Below are positions 24,948 to 39,000 of a DNA stretch of 64,000 nt, in pieces (position 1 is the first letter of the stretch; each line of letters begins with the position of its first letter). Made by a program: the position numbers and the translations under genes. Origin of the DNA: Yuukianura sp. NJ FZ-2021 (taxonomy: Eukaryota); NCBI GenBank assembly GCA_046563655.1, contig CM102285.1, positions 868,001-932,000 of the forward strand. The letters are read 5' to 3'. Under the pieces are notes generated by a model. That model was not told the origin of the DNA. It saw nothing but the letters and a program-made list of their open reading frames with translations, and did no database searches.

Positions 24948-27900
24948 ATGGAGTTCTCCGTTCATTCATCAGTCTCTGACGTGAAGAAGAACAAAGCAGA
25001 TGTGTGCAAATTATCAGCAGAAGCTCCTGCTGAAGATTACGTGAATCTCTGTCGTTGTTCTCATCCAGCCTTCACCCCACCCAGGGTGGCGGATGCTCCC
25101 CACCTCCCCCGCCCCCTGCCCCACCGCCCCCACCACCCTCGCCCCTCCTCCTTCTGCTGGACAAATGACTTTGATAGTGAAGTGGTGGCACATTCAAAAA
25201 GACAATCCTCATATACAGCACCTCACAACAACAGGTAAAGCCTTTGAAAGAAAAAAAAAGCAAATATTTGATCAACTAATCATCAATCGACATTCGATGT
25301 CATTTCGCACTTTCAGTTTTCAATTTGTGCAAAAAAAATTGTTTGCAAAAAACTGCGTACTTGAGTCAAAGTGAAGAACGAGACGGCGTGGCGTCCTCCT
25401 TCCTTTTTCTTTCTCACTTGCAAATTTTTTGCAACTTTTTTTTTGATTCCGCTAACTGAAAAACTCATTTTTTTAACTCTGCTTTGTTAAACTGTTCAAC
25501 TTGGTTCAAAATTTGAAACATCTTAAAAACAAATTTTTCGAAACTGTGTCAATTTGAATCAAGTTTCAAAATATTTTGACTCGTCTTTTCCGGAATATGT
25601 TTCGGGTAAAACTTTTTTTTTGCAAAAAAGAAAACAGTGGGGAAAAAAACGCTTTTGATAAAATTTTGTTTAGTGGTTCATGAAAAACCGCAGGGAAATT
25701 TCCATCGGAAGTCCGATGGCGCTTGACTTTTGTTTTTCAAATTTTTCTTTTACAGTTTTTGGAATTCGCGGTTTTGAAAAAGGAAGTAAACAAGAATCAG
25801 GTTTTGGTTCAAGTCGACTTGGACTTTAATTCTGATTAATGTTAAACTTAACATCTAAATTTAACTCATAATTAAGTTTATGGTAACCATACTTACGTGC
25901 TTGCAAACATGTGTAAGCATACATGTGTTTTTGGAGTGAAAGGCTTGACCTTTTAGGTGATTAGATTGTGTTGCTCTTTTCATTTTTTGCAAAATCTTTG
26001 AGCTCACAAAGTCAATTGCCTTGCAAATCCTAAAATTTGTCTTGTTTGTCTTTCCAAGCTAAATGGTTTCTGCTTCTTTAGAAAAAGCGTTATCGATACT
26101 ACAAAAAAAATCAAAAACCGTTGCAATTGATTTACAAGATTTAAAAAAAATTGTTGTTTTGTTTTGGAGCGTGCTCAAATGCGAATTCAGCAGAAACCAA
26201 TAAGTTAGTAGCTGCTGGTCACTTTTTGGCAACACAAATTTTTTCCAACGTCAGCGTAAATTGTGAACAACATGACTAAACTGCTTTCAAGTTCCCGCCT
26301 CAATCAATATCCAAAATTTTAAACTTCGGAAGCACTTTTAACAATACTTTGATGTGTTGACAGCACAACGCGTTCTGCTTTTTATGTACAGAGTTGTACT
26401 TGAGCGGAAGGTCAAAGGTCGGCGTTTGTCGTGCTGCTCAAAAAAGTATTTTTGAGTAACATAAACAAAGAAAACGAAATTCAGTAAGTGACTTTGACAG
26501 CAGAGATTCTAGAGTCATCAATTTCGGCTTCGAGTGTCAGCGAAGTTTGAATCTTGACAGATTTAGAATTATTGTATTGATTTACTTATTATTTTACTTG
26601 TTTCATTATATTTTGTACTCAAAACTCTCAACGTACTTGATATTTTGAAAGATTTACGTTTTTGTAACTTGATATGACAGCTTCGTCAACTGCGTAACGT
26701 TCAAAATTCGTTGTAAATGAAAACGTTTTGACAATTTTATAACGTTTTGGTTCAAATCAAAAATGTTTTGGAAGATTCGTTTAAGTTTCTTAAAAATGTT
26801 AATCTTGACGGTTGCTATTTTGAAAAAAGTTTGAAACAAAATAAAATATTTTTAGACTTAAAAATGATTAATAGAGTAAAAAAATGTTTTTAGAGCGGGA
26901 GGATTTGAATTTGGATTTAAATCTTGTTAGAGTGAAAGATTCTAAATAAAAATCAGTATTAAATTTAAGCTCTGGATTGAAGTCGGCATTTACTAAACTG
27001 ACTCCACCATCAATCATTTTGTTTTTTCAACATAAATCTTCTAAAAGTCGCAATAAAGTGCAAACTCACTTCAAATTTCGCGCGTTTATTTACTTAACCC
27101 CTTCGTTTTTTTTCACCGCCTCCATTTTCGAAAACAAAGACGCAGTCGGTTGCTTTGCATTTTCTGAAAACAATTTTTTTCAAAACTTTTTACAACTTTT
27201 AAAATTCAACAATATTTATTTTATTATGCTTAATAATATAAACAACATGGAATCGGTATGTGAAAAAAAAAGTTGCAAAAAATCCACCTACATGAAAGTT
27301 TAGTTTTGTATTCACGCTCTGCAGATTATTTATTTATAGAGATTAAAATCACAAGAATGTACTCTACTTTCTCGTTACTCCGCTGCTACTATATACTCAA
27401 TATGCTAGCATTTTGAAAAAAAAACTAATTTTAGAAATTTTGAAAATCTAAATTTAGATGCAGTACAAATCATTGCTGTGGAGAGTCATAAGGAAATGTT
27501 ATTTTTGGAAAATTTTGTTCATAACCTCCAAATTTTTCAAATTTTTCCGAATCACCATCTCCCTCCTTTTCTCTTCAATGCTCATTTTTCATATAAACTG
27601 CTTGTGAATGTGATAAAACTATGCTACATACTTTTTCAAAATTTTGAAAGTTGCAAAAATTGGCAAACCTTTTGGCAACGTTGTAGGAAGAAAAGATGAA
27701 GAGTCGAAACTTAATCCAGAACAGATGCTAAGTAGATCACAACGAACGTTCGTGTAACTAGTACAAGGAAGTAAACACTCGTTTTTGCACATGCGGACGC
27801 TGATTCACTATTTTTTTGCTCTTATGAAGTGCGGAACTGGATTTGCAAAAAAATGAATGACTAATTTTTTGCAAACTTTGCATTAAAAAAATGAAGGGAT

Positions 27901-30900
27901 TCCCTTTTTTATTCCAAAAAAAAATATTTTTTTACGTCACACAAAGAAGATCTGGAATCGTTTGAGAAGCAGATGCGTGACAAAAACGGAAGTGAATCAT
28001 TTTTGCAATTTATTTTTTCCAATTTACACTGAATCACATGCATTTGCAAATTTGTAATTTTAAAAATTTGCAAATTGATGAACATGAAATAAAGTAATGA
28101 TTTTTTTTTTCAAATTTTTCAGATTATGTCAAAGTAAGGACACGTTTTCACACCTCAAAAGAGAAAGGTCAAACTCCAGAACTGAATGCCTATATGGGTC
28201 AGACAGGTCACGAGGTCATCAGAGGTCACGGGGTCATCAAAGGTCAAGTTCATTTTGGCGGCAATTTTCAAATCAAAGAAAACTTGGTGACTTCTTCAGC
28301 AGTTTTATAACTCTAATTTTGATCCATCTCCTTGCCATGTCATTTCAAATTTCAATTGTGGCGGGAGCTTCAGAAACGCCTGCAGGTAACTTAAAAAACT
28401 AAAATTTTGAAAAAAATCTTTATCTTGTTTTTGTTTTTGAAAAACTGGTAATTGATTGTCACGCATGTCACACTCTGGCGATTACTTTTGCATAATCAAA
28501 AGTTCATGTTTATGACAAAATCTGGTTTTTGAGAGGCGACGTGCGACCTTCAACTTTTTCTTGTTTTCACTTCACTGTTAACTTCAACCATAAAAAAAAA
28601 GTTTTTGGCACGCATCAACATCATTAAAAATTCAATTTTCAAATTCTCCCGCTAAATTTTTTTTTGAATTCGATACTTCCTTACCGCGTTTTTATGGTTC
28701 TTAAGGTCTATCCGGCACAATTCAACAGTGCGATGACGAGGGCAGCGTCTGGTCGCTTCCGGGTGTTCTGCACGATCCCTGCTACTCATGCCTTTGTCGG
28801 GTAAGCAACAAGGCGCCAAAATTCAAAATTTTGAGTTTCAAATTTCCCACCAAAATTCAAATTTCAAAAACACTAGGTATGCAATGATCCTGAATGAATC
28901 CTGATCTTTAATATTCCATAATATAATCATTGCCATAATTCGAAGTTGCCGTAAATACGGAATCGCTTTTTAGCGGCATTTTCAAAAAGGTTTACAATTA
29001 TAGAACATTTGACTCGATTTTTTTCAAAAAGTGAAATTTTTGCTCTATTTCTTGCAAAATGAGACACCATATGGAGTGGCTTAGTGTTCTGGAGATTGGT
29101 TTTTCGCTGTTTTGTTTACATTTGATTTCTAATATCACATGATGAGTGTCATTCATAAGTAGAAAAGTTATTACTAACTGTACGTCGTTGTCTCTGTTTG
29201 TCGTTGTGATGAGTGATTGATTGTTGAACATTTTATAGAAAAATGGGCTATTAGGTTTTTGCACAAAAGTCTGTTTTTGTTGTAAATCCGCTTTTCCAAA
29301 AATAGATTTCGAAAAAAGAAACAAAAAATTTGTTGGAGTAAAATATACAATTTGATGTAAAAACTATATAAAGGGCTTAAAAAAGTTGCCAATATGCAGT
29401 ATAGTCATTGAAATTTTAAAAATTTCACTAAATGTGACTCGAGAAACTTCTTCTTCTTCTTTTTTTTTTTTTTGAAAAGTTGGTTTTTGTTGAATTCAAG
29501 TTGTAAAATTTTGAAATATAGTACACGTAGGTTTTGTTTGGAGTTGAACCATGAATGTTGTTGGTCTTCGGAATGTTTGAAATCGTAAGGCTGAAGATGT
29601 TCATTTCGTGCAGAGTGGTCGTTACTTGCTAGATAATGACTCATATTCTTGTTTCTTTTTTGTTCTTGTTCAAAAAAAAACCTTTACTTGAGTTGTTCAA
29701 ACACGTTCATCTTCTAAATCCTGTTTGAAATGTAAGGATTGGAGTGGAGGACCATAAATATACGCTGGGAAGGAGACAAGGGAGAGACCCTTAAGTGACT
29801 CTACCTTAATTAGACCCTCCATTTCCAAATTCCTCACTTGATAATAGTAATGATCTCTCTCACAAATGGAACAATTCACAACCAAAACTCAAAAAAAATC
29901 TGTAGAAAAGGACACCGACGCTTTTTTACCACTCAATTTTTAAATTTTCCGACTTTTTTTTCTTATATTTTATTAGTAGAAGCAAAAAACACTTTATGAT
30001 TTTTATTGTATTGTCGGTCTGTCTTTCTAGTTTAAAACACCGCAAAGAAACGACGAATTACTGCTCAATTTTTAAAAAATTGAGGCACTCCATTAATAAA
30101 TTTTGCTTCAATTGAAAGAAACAACTTTATACTTTTACTTGGGTTTGTCTCTCTGTCCGCCTGTTTTTTTTTTTTTTTTGTAAAAATTGATTATTTAAAA
30201 AAATAGTTTTTTAAAGATCAATACTGATTACATATGGTAACTGTTTTGTATTGTTTTCTAATCGATTTTGGTTTAGTCATACTCCTTTTTGTAAAATGAT
30301 AAAAATCGGTGAAAACTCGATGAAATGTTGATTAAAACTTCTTTGACACTTTGTACAAAACTCACCATGAAAATTGTTTGTGGTGCGACAGTGACCATGA
30401 AAAATGTTGTTCAATTGTCACCGTGATGATTTTACATTAACTATTTTATGCTTCGTCAGTGTGGCCGCCAACTACTTTCCAACATGAAATATTTTTTTAC
30501 CATAGTTTAAATTTTTTTCACTACTTTTTTCAACATGAAAACGGAGGAAGTGATTTCATTATCAAACACCATGGCCCACTTTTTTCTTTAATTCCTCTAC
30601 CAGCTAACGTCTCCAAAACTTTAGTCAGCACAGTTAGTTAAAGACATCAATTAAAGTTAAGTTGGAGTTGGAGGAAGATGTTTTTGGCAACTGATGGTTT
30701 GGTCAGTTTAATCCAGATTGATTTCCACAATGTTGCTATCGACTGGACTTTGTGGAAAACAGTCCTAGAGCCATAGTAGTTGAGGTCATGTGCTGGCGGT
30801 TGACCAGATGAGGGTCATTATCATCAATGTCTCAATTTCTGTGTCTCAATTGTGATTAACCTTGTGGTAAAAGTGTAACTTTAGTACGCATGGAAAACAA

Positions 30901-33900
30901 AACTATTAACTGAACCGTAAGTTTATCACATAGCTTCTTTTCTAGCGGTTTCCTTCAATGTGACTCAACTGACCAGATTTTGGCAGCACGCGGTCCTCCC
31001 TTGATTGCAATCACAAGAATTTCTGACAAATACTAGTTTTTTTCTTACGGATCAATCCCACCACTGCTTGTCAAATTTGTCAATCCAATTGTGTCTAAAT
31101 CAAAATGGTCAACACATTTTTTGAGTTCATCTGCTACAATGTTTGTCGTTAAAAATTATGCGGAATCTCTTAAGTTTTTAGAATTTGACAACACTTTTGT
31201 CAAATCTGTCAACTCAAATGTGTCAATTTGAAAACGGTTAACACATTGATCGCGGACGGTGGTTTAACGTCTTTAAGTGATTAAGAGTGATTTCGTTATC
31301 ATATCAAATTTTTGTCGGAATTTTTTTTATTGCAATGTTGCAGTTGACACATTTGCTGTCGGTGCGGAACTCTAAAGTTCCTTGTCGGTCTTTTTTAGTG
31401 AAAAATGTATCGTTTCGGTGCATCGTCACCATGTTTGTTTTGTTCGACCTACTTTTTTGAAACTATTTTGAAAAAAAAATTTTTTAAACAAAAATCGGTA
31501 CTTTCAAAAATTGTTTTTGCAAATTTTGAATTTTTCCAAGAAGTCTTGAAGTGCTTCTGTTGCAGTTTCTGAGCAGGATGTTTACTTAAACCTTTGTATC
31601 CAACTCAAAGAAAAACTGACAGATTTACAACACGTTTAGAGACTCATCAAGTACCCTCCTCAGACATTGTCCAGGTGAAAAGGGACTCAGGTCATGACAC
31701 TCTTGGACGGAATTTCATGGACGGAAGGACGGCCATTCATGGACGACCTATTATTCTTACCACATAGACGATAACATAAGAATAGGTCTTGTAACAGGCT
31801 GTAGCATTACGGTTCTTAGTTTTCCGTCCACGACTGTCCAAGAATCCAAAGACTTTGGAATTTGTCATTAAGGGTTCCCTTGAAATGGCCCTTGAGACGT
31901 CAACAATTGGAAGAGACATTGTTGACTCTGTTCTAACTTTTTTTTTTCAAAAATTTCGAAAAGAAAAAGAAAAAAACAAGAGGATGACTTAATAAGGGCC
32001 CCCTTTGTGGTTTTACCTCCAATAAATGAACTAAACCTTAACAAGACGGGACCTCACAAAAGTCCACTTTGGAAAATCATGAATCTCCCAAACCTGTCAG
32101 AGCCTCTTGTCTCTAACAATGGAAAATTATGACCAAGACTAACTTTTCAAAGTTACCGCGTACATTTTTTCAAAAAAGAAAACTAGGCGGGAGTTTTATT
32201 TTTTGAAAATCGTGATCTGTTGGTGGTCATCAAAACTGTTGTTGGTGCACAGTTATGTTGGTTCTAAAGCATAATCAAAGTTTTTTTAAGGTTGAGAATC
32301 AATTTAAGACTGAAACAAAAGAAACCAAGGTCTTCATTATCTTCTGCGTTGTGAGGAGCACGAGATTTCAAATTCTTTTGAAAAAATTTTTTTTACCGCG
32401 CGCCCACCGACGACGTCGGAACTTTCGCTTTTCGGTTTTTTAATGACGGAAACTTAATTTTATTCGAAGAATTCCTTATACATGGTGGTAGAAAAAAACT
32501 GTAATGTTCAGAAGTTATTCAATTTTTTTTAAAGTGAGCTCAACTTTTCAAAATTTTAATTTTTTTTTAAATTTGAAATTTCAGGATGGCGAGGTCCAGT
32601 GTGAGCGTCAGTCGTGTCCAAGTCTTCAAGGCTGCTTTCTGATCATCCCCGGTCTCAAGGAGGGATGTTGTGACGTCTGCAAAGGTAACCAAAAAACGCG
32701 CTTTTCTAAAAAAAATATTTCGAAATTTTTGAAAAAAAAAATGCCCTCAATTTACAACGTCAAAAACAGTGTTGCTGGATATCCACTTTTTTTTTACCTT
32801 TCGTCCACTGGGTGTTCAGTAGATGAAATATTTCAGCCGGAAGAAATGGGCGGATGAAATAGATGCTTCCACCTCATTTGATTAGGTGGACAAAATATTT
32901 TATCCTTCCGACAACACTGGCCAAAAGTGATGTTATAAACAGTGTTGCTGGGTATCCACGTTTTTAGCATTTCTTCCAGATTATATCCACTGGCTAAATG
33001 AATACAATCCAGTTTCCGATGAATAAAATTGAGTTTCGTTTTTAAAAAACTAATAAAATCCGGATATATTATATAAGTGGTCCGAGAAGAGTGGAAGAAA
33101 TATTTTATCCATCTAAATATAATTAATTCTATAATTCTAAATATAATTTTACAGAAATTTTAGAGAAATTTTTAGAAATTATAGAAAAATATTAGAAATT
33201 TTAGAGAACCTAATCTATTTTTATTGTGTTTTTTTTAGGATGCACTGTGGGTAACACGACAATTCCGAGCGGAAAAGAAGTCACCGAGAATTGCATGACC
33301 TCTACATGTATCGCCGGTGTCCTGACGCACTCTGCCGTCCAATGTCACGTTCCGTGCACCAATCCCGTCCCACCACAACCCGGTAACTGCTGTCCCACTT
33401 GCGATTCTTGCAGTATCAACGGTCGAGAGTACCGGCACGGCGAGGAGGCCATTTTACACGGTGATCCATGCGTCCGCTGCAAGTGTGACCGCGGGACAAT
33501 CTCGTGCACGAAAAAGGCGTGTCCCGTTTTAGCCTGTCCACCGTCAGCTACTTACATTGAAAAAGGAGATTGTTGTCCAAAGTGCAACGGAAGCAGTGCC
33601 AGGTACATTCCACGCACAGTGTGTCTCCTTGGCGACAAGGTCTACCCCACAGGAACTACTTTTCGGTTAGACACTTGCACCAACTGTACTTGCAGCGGCA
33701 CAACCGCAATTTGTGACCGAACTTCATGTCCGGCACTGGAGTGTGACCCGGCTGACCAGGTCATGACCCCGGGTCAATGTTGTCCCAAATGCTCCGAACC
33801 GGAAAACAACAGCCTCAACCGATCTCAGTGTCAGTGGAAAGAGATGCTCTACAAGGTCAGTAGGTCAAAGGTCGTTGACCCCAGCAAGAGTTTTTAAAAG

Positions 33901-35451
33901 GTCATTGACCCCGAGAAATTTTTGAAAGCTCATTTACCTCAATAAATGTTTTGAAAGGTCAATGACCCTAAGAAATTTTTGATGTCATTGACCCCAATAA
34001 AATTTTTTGAAAGGTCATTGACCCTAGTAATTTTTTAAAAGGTCATTGACCCTTTGTGTTTGACTTGATTTGCAGACTGGTGACCGATGGAATGTGGACA
34101 GTTGCCGAAGTTGCATTTGCGATTCCGGTAAAATCCGGTGTACCGAGCAACTCTGTCCGAAGAACGTCATTTGTCCATGGGGACACAAGTTGCGCTACAA
34201 ACCGGGACAGTGCTGTCCAGAATGTGTCGGAGAAGACGGAGTTTGTACCGTATTTGGTGATCCGCATTACAGTAGCTTCGACGGCCGAGTTTTCAATTTC
34301 CAAGTAAGTCAGCAGCGGATTTGCAGGGTTTATGGGGATCCAAAAAAATAAAAAACCGAGTGGGACTCGAACCCACGTCTCTTCAATTCGCTAGGAGCGC
34401 TAACCATTGGGCTGTCAGGCGCATATCGCAAAATTTTATGTTTTGATTTTTTTGTTCCAGGGTGCTTGCAAGTACATGTTGACATCGGATTGTAAAGGCA
34501 AGACATTTTCAGTTCGTGTTCGAAATGATGCCCGGGAATCTCGCGCCTTCTCTTGGACGCGTACGGTAACGCTTAAAGTGAGAGAAGGGCGGGTCACTTT
34601 GGGTCAAAAGCTGAGGATAAAATTCAATGGAAAACGGGTTTCAGTACCGTTCAGTTCCGAAACACTCCGAATCGAACAAGATGGCTATACCGTATCAGTA
34701 TCAACCGGAGTAGGAATCAAACTACTATGGGATGGAGACAGCTTTCTAGAAGTGGGTTTTCAAAATTCAAAAAAATGTTTAAAAAAATTTTTTTTTCGAT
34801 TTTGATAACTTATTTTTGTCTCATAGGTAGCAGTTCCATTCCGGTTACAAGGTAGACTGTGTGGCCTTTGTGGAAATTTTAATGGAAATCAATCTGATGA
34901 TTTTGTGACACGCCGTGGAGGGCCTGTTGTGCATCCAATGGCATTTGGACAGTCTTGGAGAGTTGGCGGGAAAAAAGCATGTAGTCGACCAGAGGAGGGT
35001 AAATTCAAAATTTTGAAAAAAAAAACAAAAAAGTTAAGCATTATTTAAAAAAAAACTGAAAACCTGAATTCTTTCAAAACAGTAAAAGGGCCGGATCCTC
35101 TGTGCAAGAAAAGTTGGCGCCTGAGGCAAAAAGCGGAAAAATACTGTAACGCCATTCGCTCTCATGTATTTTCTCCATGTGCAAAATCAGTATCCCCTGA
35201 ACGGTTTTTCAAGTAAGGCGGCTATGTTAAGTTGCGTTACTCCATTATGTTAACATGTATGTTGACATTATGTTTTCAACACTTACTTTATGTATTTTAG
35301 GTCATGTAAACTGGACATGTGTGAATGTCCACCGGAACGTCAGTGTCACTGTGAAGTATTAACTGCCTATGCAAGAGCATGTCAACGCGCGGGAATAGAA
35401 ATTTTGGATTGGCGGGAGCAAACGGGGTGTACTGCTAAGCGAAAATTATAA
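24948..35451 (+). CDS. cv-2: Crossveinless-2 / BMPER (5 vWC + vWD + C8, no TIL). Exons approx. 24948-25234 (uncertain), 28123-28385, 28706-28800, 32585-32684, 33239-33855, 34076-34303, 34461-34751, 34827-34998, 35083-35212, 35301-35451
   Basis: Five CxxCxC...CCxxC vWC modules; CTVFGDPHY autocatalytic site; vWD ([27 protein letters not shown]); C8 (SCKLDMCEC...[10 protein letters not shown]). Splice phases are consistent. The first exon and start codon are uncertain. Confidence 0.93.
33869..34052. repeat. Intronic minisatellite, ~7 units of ~28-30 bp, each centred on AGGTCANTGACCC
   Basis: Units near 33869, 33899, 33928, 33956, 33982, 34012 and 34040. Confidence 0.85.
34356..34420 (-). other. 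tRNA-derived SINE head / pseudo-tRNA in a cv-2 intron
   Basis: The minus strand has an A-box-like AGCCCAATGG, a perfect T-arm GTGGG-TTCGAGT-CCCAC (B box) and a following T-run. Anticodon and acceptor stems are not well formed. Confidence 0.65.
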
Positions 35452-36097
35452 ACAGTTTGGTATCAAACTTGCAATTTTTTTAAGGTTCCCAACTTGTAAT
35501 TTAAAAATACACAAGCCAAAAGATTCTCAAACTAACTTTAGTTATGTTTTCGTTTAGTTTAGGTTTTACGTTTACACATTACGCTGACCTTGTTTGACCT
35601 TAGTTTTGGTTTAGCACACTCAGTACTAGCATTGATAGAAAAATTATTACTCATTTTATTTTCAATCCTTCGTTATGTCCAAATTTAAATTTCTTTCATG
35701 GTAGAGTCCATCTTTGAAAATTCCCGGTTGGTTAGACAGAAACTGACTGTTATTGGAGAAAACGCCAATTTATAAACCTAATTAAGTTAAAAAGGCTTAA
35801 ATAAAGTTTCAGATCATACTTTTCTTCATACATGAGATCATCGAAAAATTCCTATGATTTTGAGATCGGCTTGTACTAAGGTTTCCTTCACGAAACTCGT
35901 TTCTCATTTTGTTTGTTTTCCCTCCTGGCGGTTCTTAAAACAAAAAACGCTCACAATAGTTTTGGGACACAAAGCTCTTCGTTTCAAAACTCCATTTTCA
36001 GCTCTAGAAAAAACCAGGTTCCAAACTACACTACGAAGACATAGCGCTACTGCACCTCAAATTCTTGATTTCAAAATTTGTTGTACTCTGCAGTGAC

Positions 36098-39000
36098 ATG
36101 AGCCGTCTTCCACAATTGGTAATATTACTTTTTCCATATTTTTGACTAACAATTGCTATTATAATAAACTTCTTGCAAAGACGATGTAAATAAGTATCGT
36201 CAGATCAATTATAGAAAGTTCCCGCGCAGGATATTGTTGACCTAGACTTCTGATATTGTTAGACGTCACTTGAGGTCAAACAACGTTCGGCATATTAATC
36301 CTCGCGCCATCAAACATCCATCCTCGGAAACCACTTCCGAATCGGTCCATCCGTTTCCGAATTGTAGAGAAAAGGATGACCTTTAGCTTTGACCCTGTTA
36401 GAGGTCACTCGCGCGCGTAGCATGAGCGACGCCATTTTGCAACTTGCAGCGTCTATATCTCTAGAACCGTAGGTCAAAGGTCAACATCGCCGACAGAAAA
36501 GTTGTTCCTCTCATTGAGATGAACAACTTTTGTAGGGGCCATTTTTCCAAATTCCGTCGAAAATTACTTGACCTTGGCCTTTGACCCGGAAGTTGGCCAC
36601 TTCCGGTCAAACCGGAAACCACTTGTTCACCCCTGGACCATGTGTAGTTCATCTGTGAAGACAGATTGAAAATCGGTCCAGCGGTTCCAGAGATGTTGTG
36701 GCTAGTATACAGACGGATGGACAGACAGACGGACGGACTGACGGACGGACATTACGATCCCTATAAGTATCTGATGATACTTAAGTTAATAAATAGTAAC
36801 AAGGGTTAGGTAAGGTTAGGTTAAATTATAAATATGGAAAATATTTTAAACTTGAACTTAAGTCATTACGGTAAACAATTTTTAACTTGTTTATAATTTT
36901 TATAACACTACAGGTTTTAGAACAGATTTTCCAAAATCTAAATGTCCAAGACTTGTGTTCCACTCGACTCGTTTGCTCCCAATGGAATCAACTTTTTCTG
37001 TGGAAAATGAAATTTTCAAATTCAAATTTCATAAAGTCCCTCCACTATGTTCCCCTTCAAACAAACGAGCAAATGGAGCTGTTCTTGTCCACATTCAGCA
37101 GAGCTAAAATTCCAATTCCATTCCCACGATTTCTGTGGAATATCCATGTTGGCACTGATGCTCAGCTCAATGCCTTTGGAACTCTATACGAAAACTGCAT
37201 CAAGGAGCTTTACATCAACCATTTCAATAGCGATGACATCATGATTTATGACGACAATCCACTAACGCCCTATATTGGAAAGAATAAAGGAGTGGAACGA
37301 ATCAGCGCTCTTCTACACAAAGTGGGCCAGTCGCTGGAAGTACTCCAAATTAGAATATGGCCCTGGCTCATCTCGCGTGAAGAACTTTTGTCGGAAGGAA
37401 TTTCAGTTCCCGTGCTTCCGAGGCTGTCCATTCTGGATGTGAACTGCGGCGCGTAAGCTGAAAGTTTTATGATTTTAAAATTAGACTTAGAACGTCAATA
37501 GGGAGTTTGCGTTTCAAATCATTTATTAGAATTTATAAAAAGTATAGAATTTAGCAAGTCCCGCCCCTTCTAACACCCCTCCACTCGTTTTGTTACGGCT
37601 CTCGCGATTGGTCGATTTCAAATCCTTGACGTCACTTTCCAAACTTTTTTTCATTTATGGCACTTATAGAACGTGTTTATAAATTTTGGAGAACGGAAAA
37701 GTATAAAAATGACGTCACTTTTCACCGTAAATTCTCTACTTTCTATAAATTCTATAAATAATTTATAACGCAAACTCCTTAATATACGAATAGGAATATT
37801 CGATTATTCGAATATTGATCATAGTGTTCGAATATTGCAGCTCTATTGGACTACATATCTGGTTTTTGGTTTTTATATTTTAGGTTAGTTAATGCCGTCG
37901 TGAGGAATTCTCCTGTATTGGAATTTCTTTCAGCACAATATCGTCGTTTTCTTTGGCATAGCCGTGACGAAGTGGTGCGTGACCGTGGGGCGAATCTGCA
38001 AGACCTTGATTACGATCCAGAGAGAAGCCAAATTCAAGAATATTCCCAAAAGTGGTTCGACGCAAACGCACGGAAGCTCGAACTTCAGCTGAACGCTTGG
38101 CACTTCATGAAACTCGGTAAAGAGATTCTGTTATGCAATGTTGCCATTCAATTCAAGTCATGTGATTTTATCATATTCCTCTACGTTGTCTTTAGATACT
38201 AACGTACGTCACCGCGTATGTGAGGATCAGATAAAAAATATAGTAGCCATCAACTCACCACCCCACGATGTATTGGATGTGTTTGGCGTCTTTCCGCGCG
38301 TTCACTCACTGAAGACTACCTCAGTCACGTGGTTGGAAAATCCGTTAAAGGTTTTTAGTCCAACGAAACTCCCGCAACTCAAACACGTGATAGTAGATGA
38401 AAATCCAGCTGAATTCTTTGCGCTGGATTTTCCAGCTGAACTGTCCTATGTCTACCCAAATGTTGTAGAATTCCGCCTCGGAGTAACAACAAACCCTGAA
38501 CGGACATACACACCTCTGCCCTACTACAAACTCTTCCCAAATGTCACTAAACTCCAGTTAGACAACGAAGTTACGCGCAATCTGATTGGTCTGTTGAACC
38601 ACTTCGCACATGTCCGTTGTCTCGTAATTTCTTATGCACGTTTGTACGACTACAATATCGAAGAACATGACTTTGAGCTAGAGTGTGGAGCTAAGCCGCA
38701 CGTCGCATCATTCCAGAGTGAGTTGGGTTACGTCTTACTTACTGTTCTGTGACATGATAATATATTATAATATGGCATTATACATCAATGCATTTAATTT
38801 TTTTGTAGAGTTGGAACGACTCGACTACATCAATATGAATGGAAGTGAATAAGTTTTGTCCAAATTAGTTTCCATCGCAGAAGCATGTTTGTTGACAAGT
38901 TTGAAGGACGTTTTCTTTTGGCATGTGATACGTCCAGACTTTGAAATCTCTAGTAAGCGAGTATATTATATTATCACACAAAATATAATGTAAGATATCA

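Noticed and set aside
33869-34052. CRISPR-like repeat/spacer array
   Set aside because: Eukaryotic intron; the spacers are short and similar to each other, and no cas genes are present.
34356-34420. Functional tRNA gene
   Set aside because: Acceptor and anticodon stems do not pair properly.
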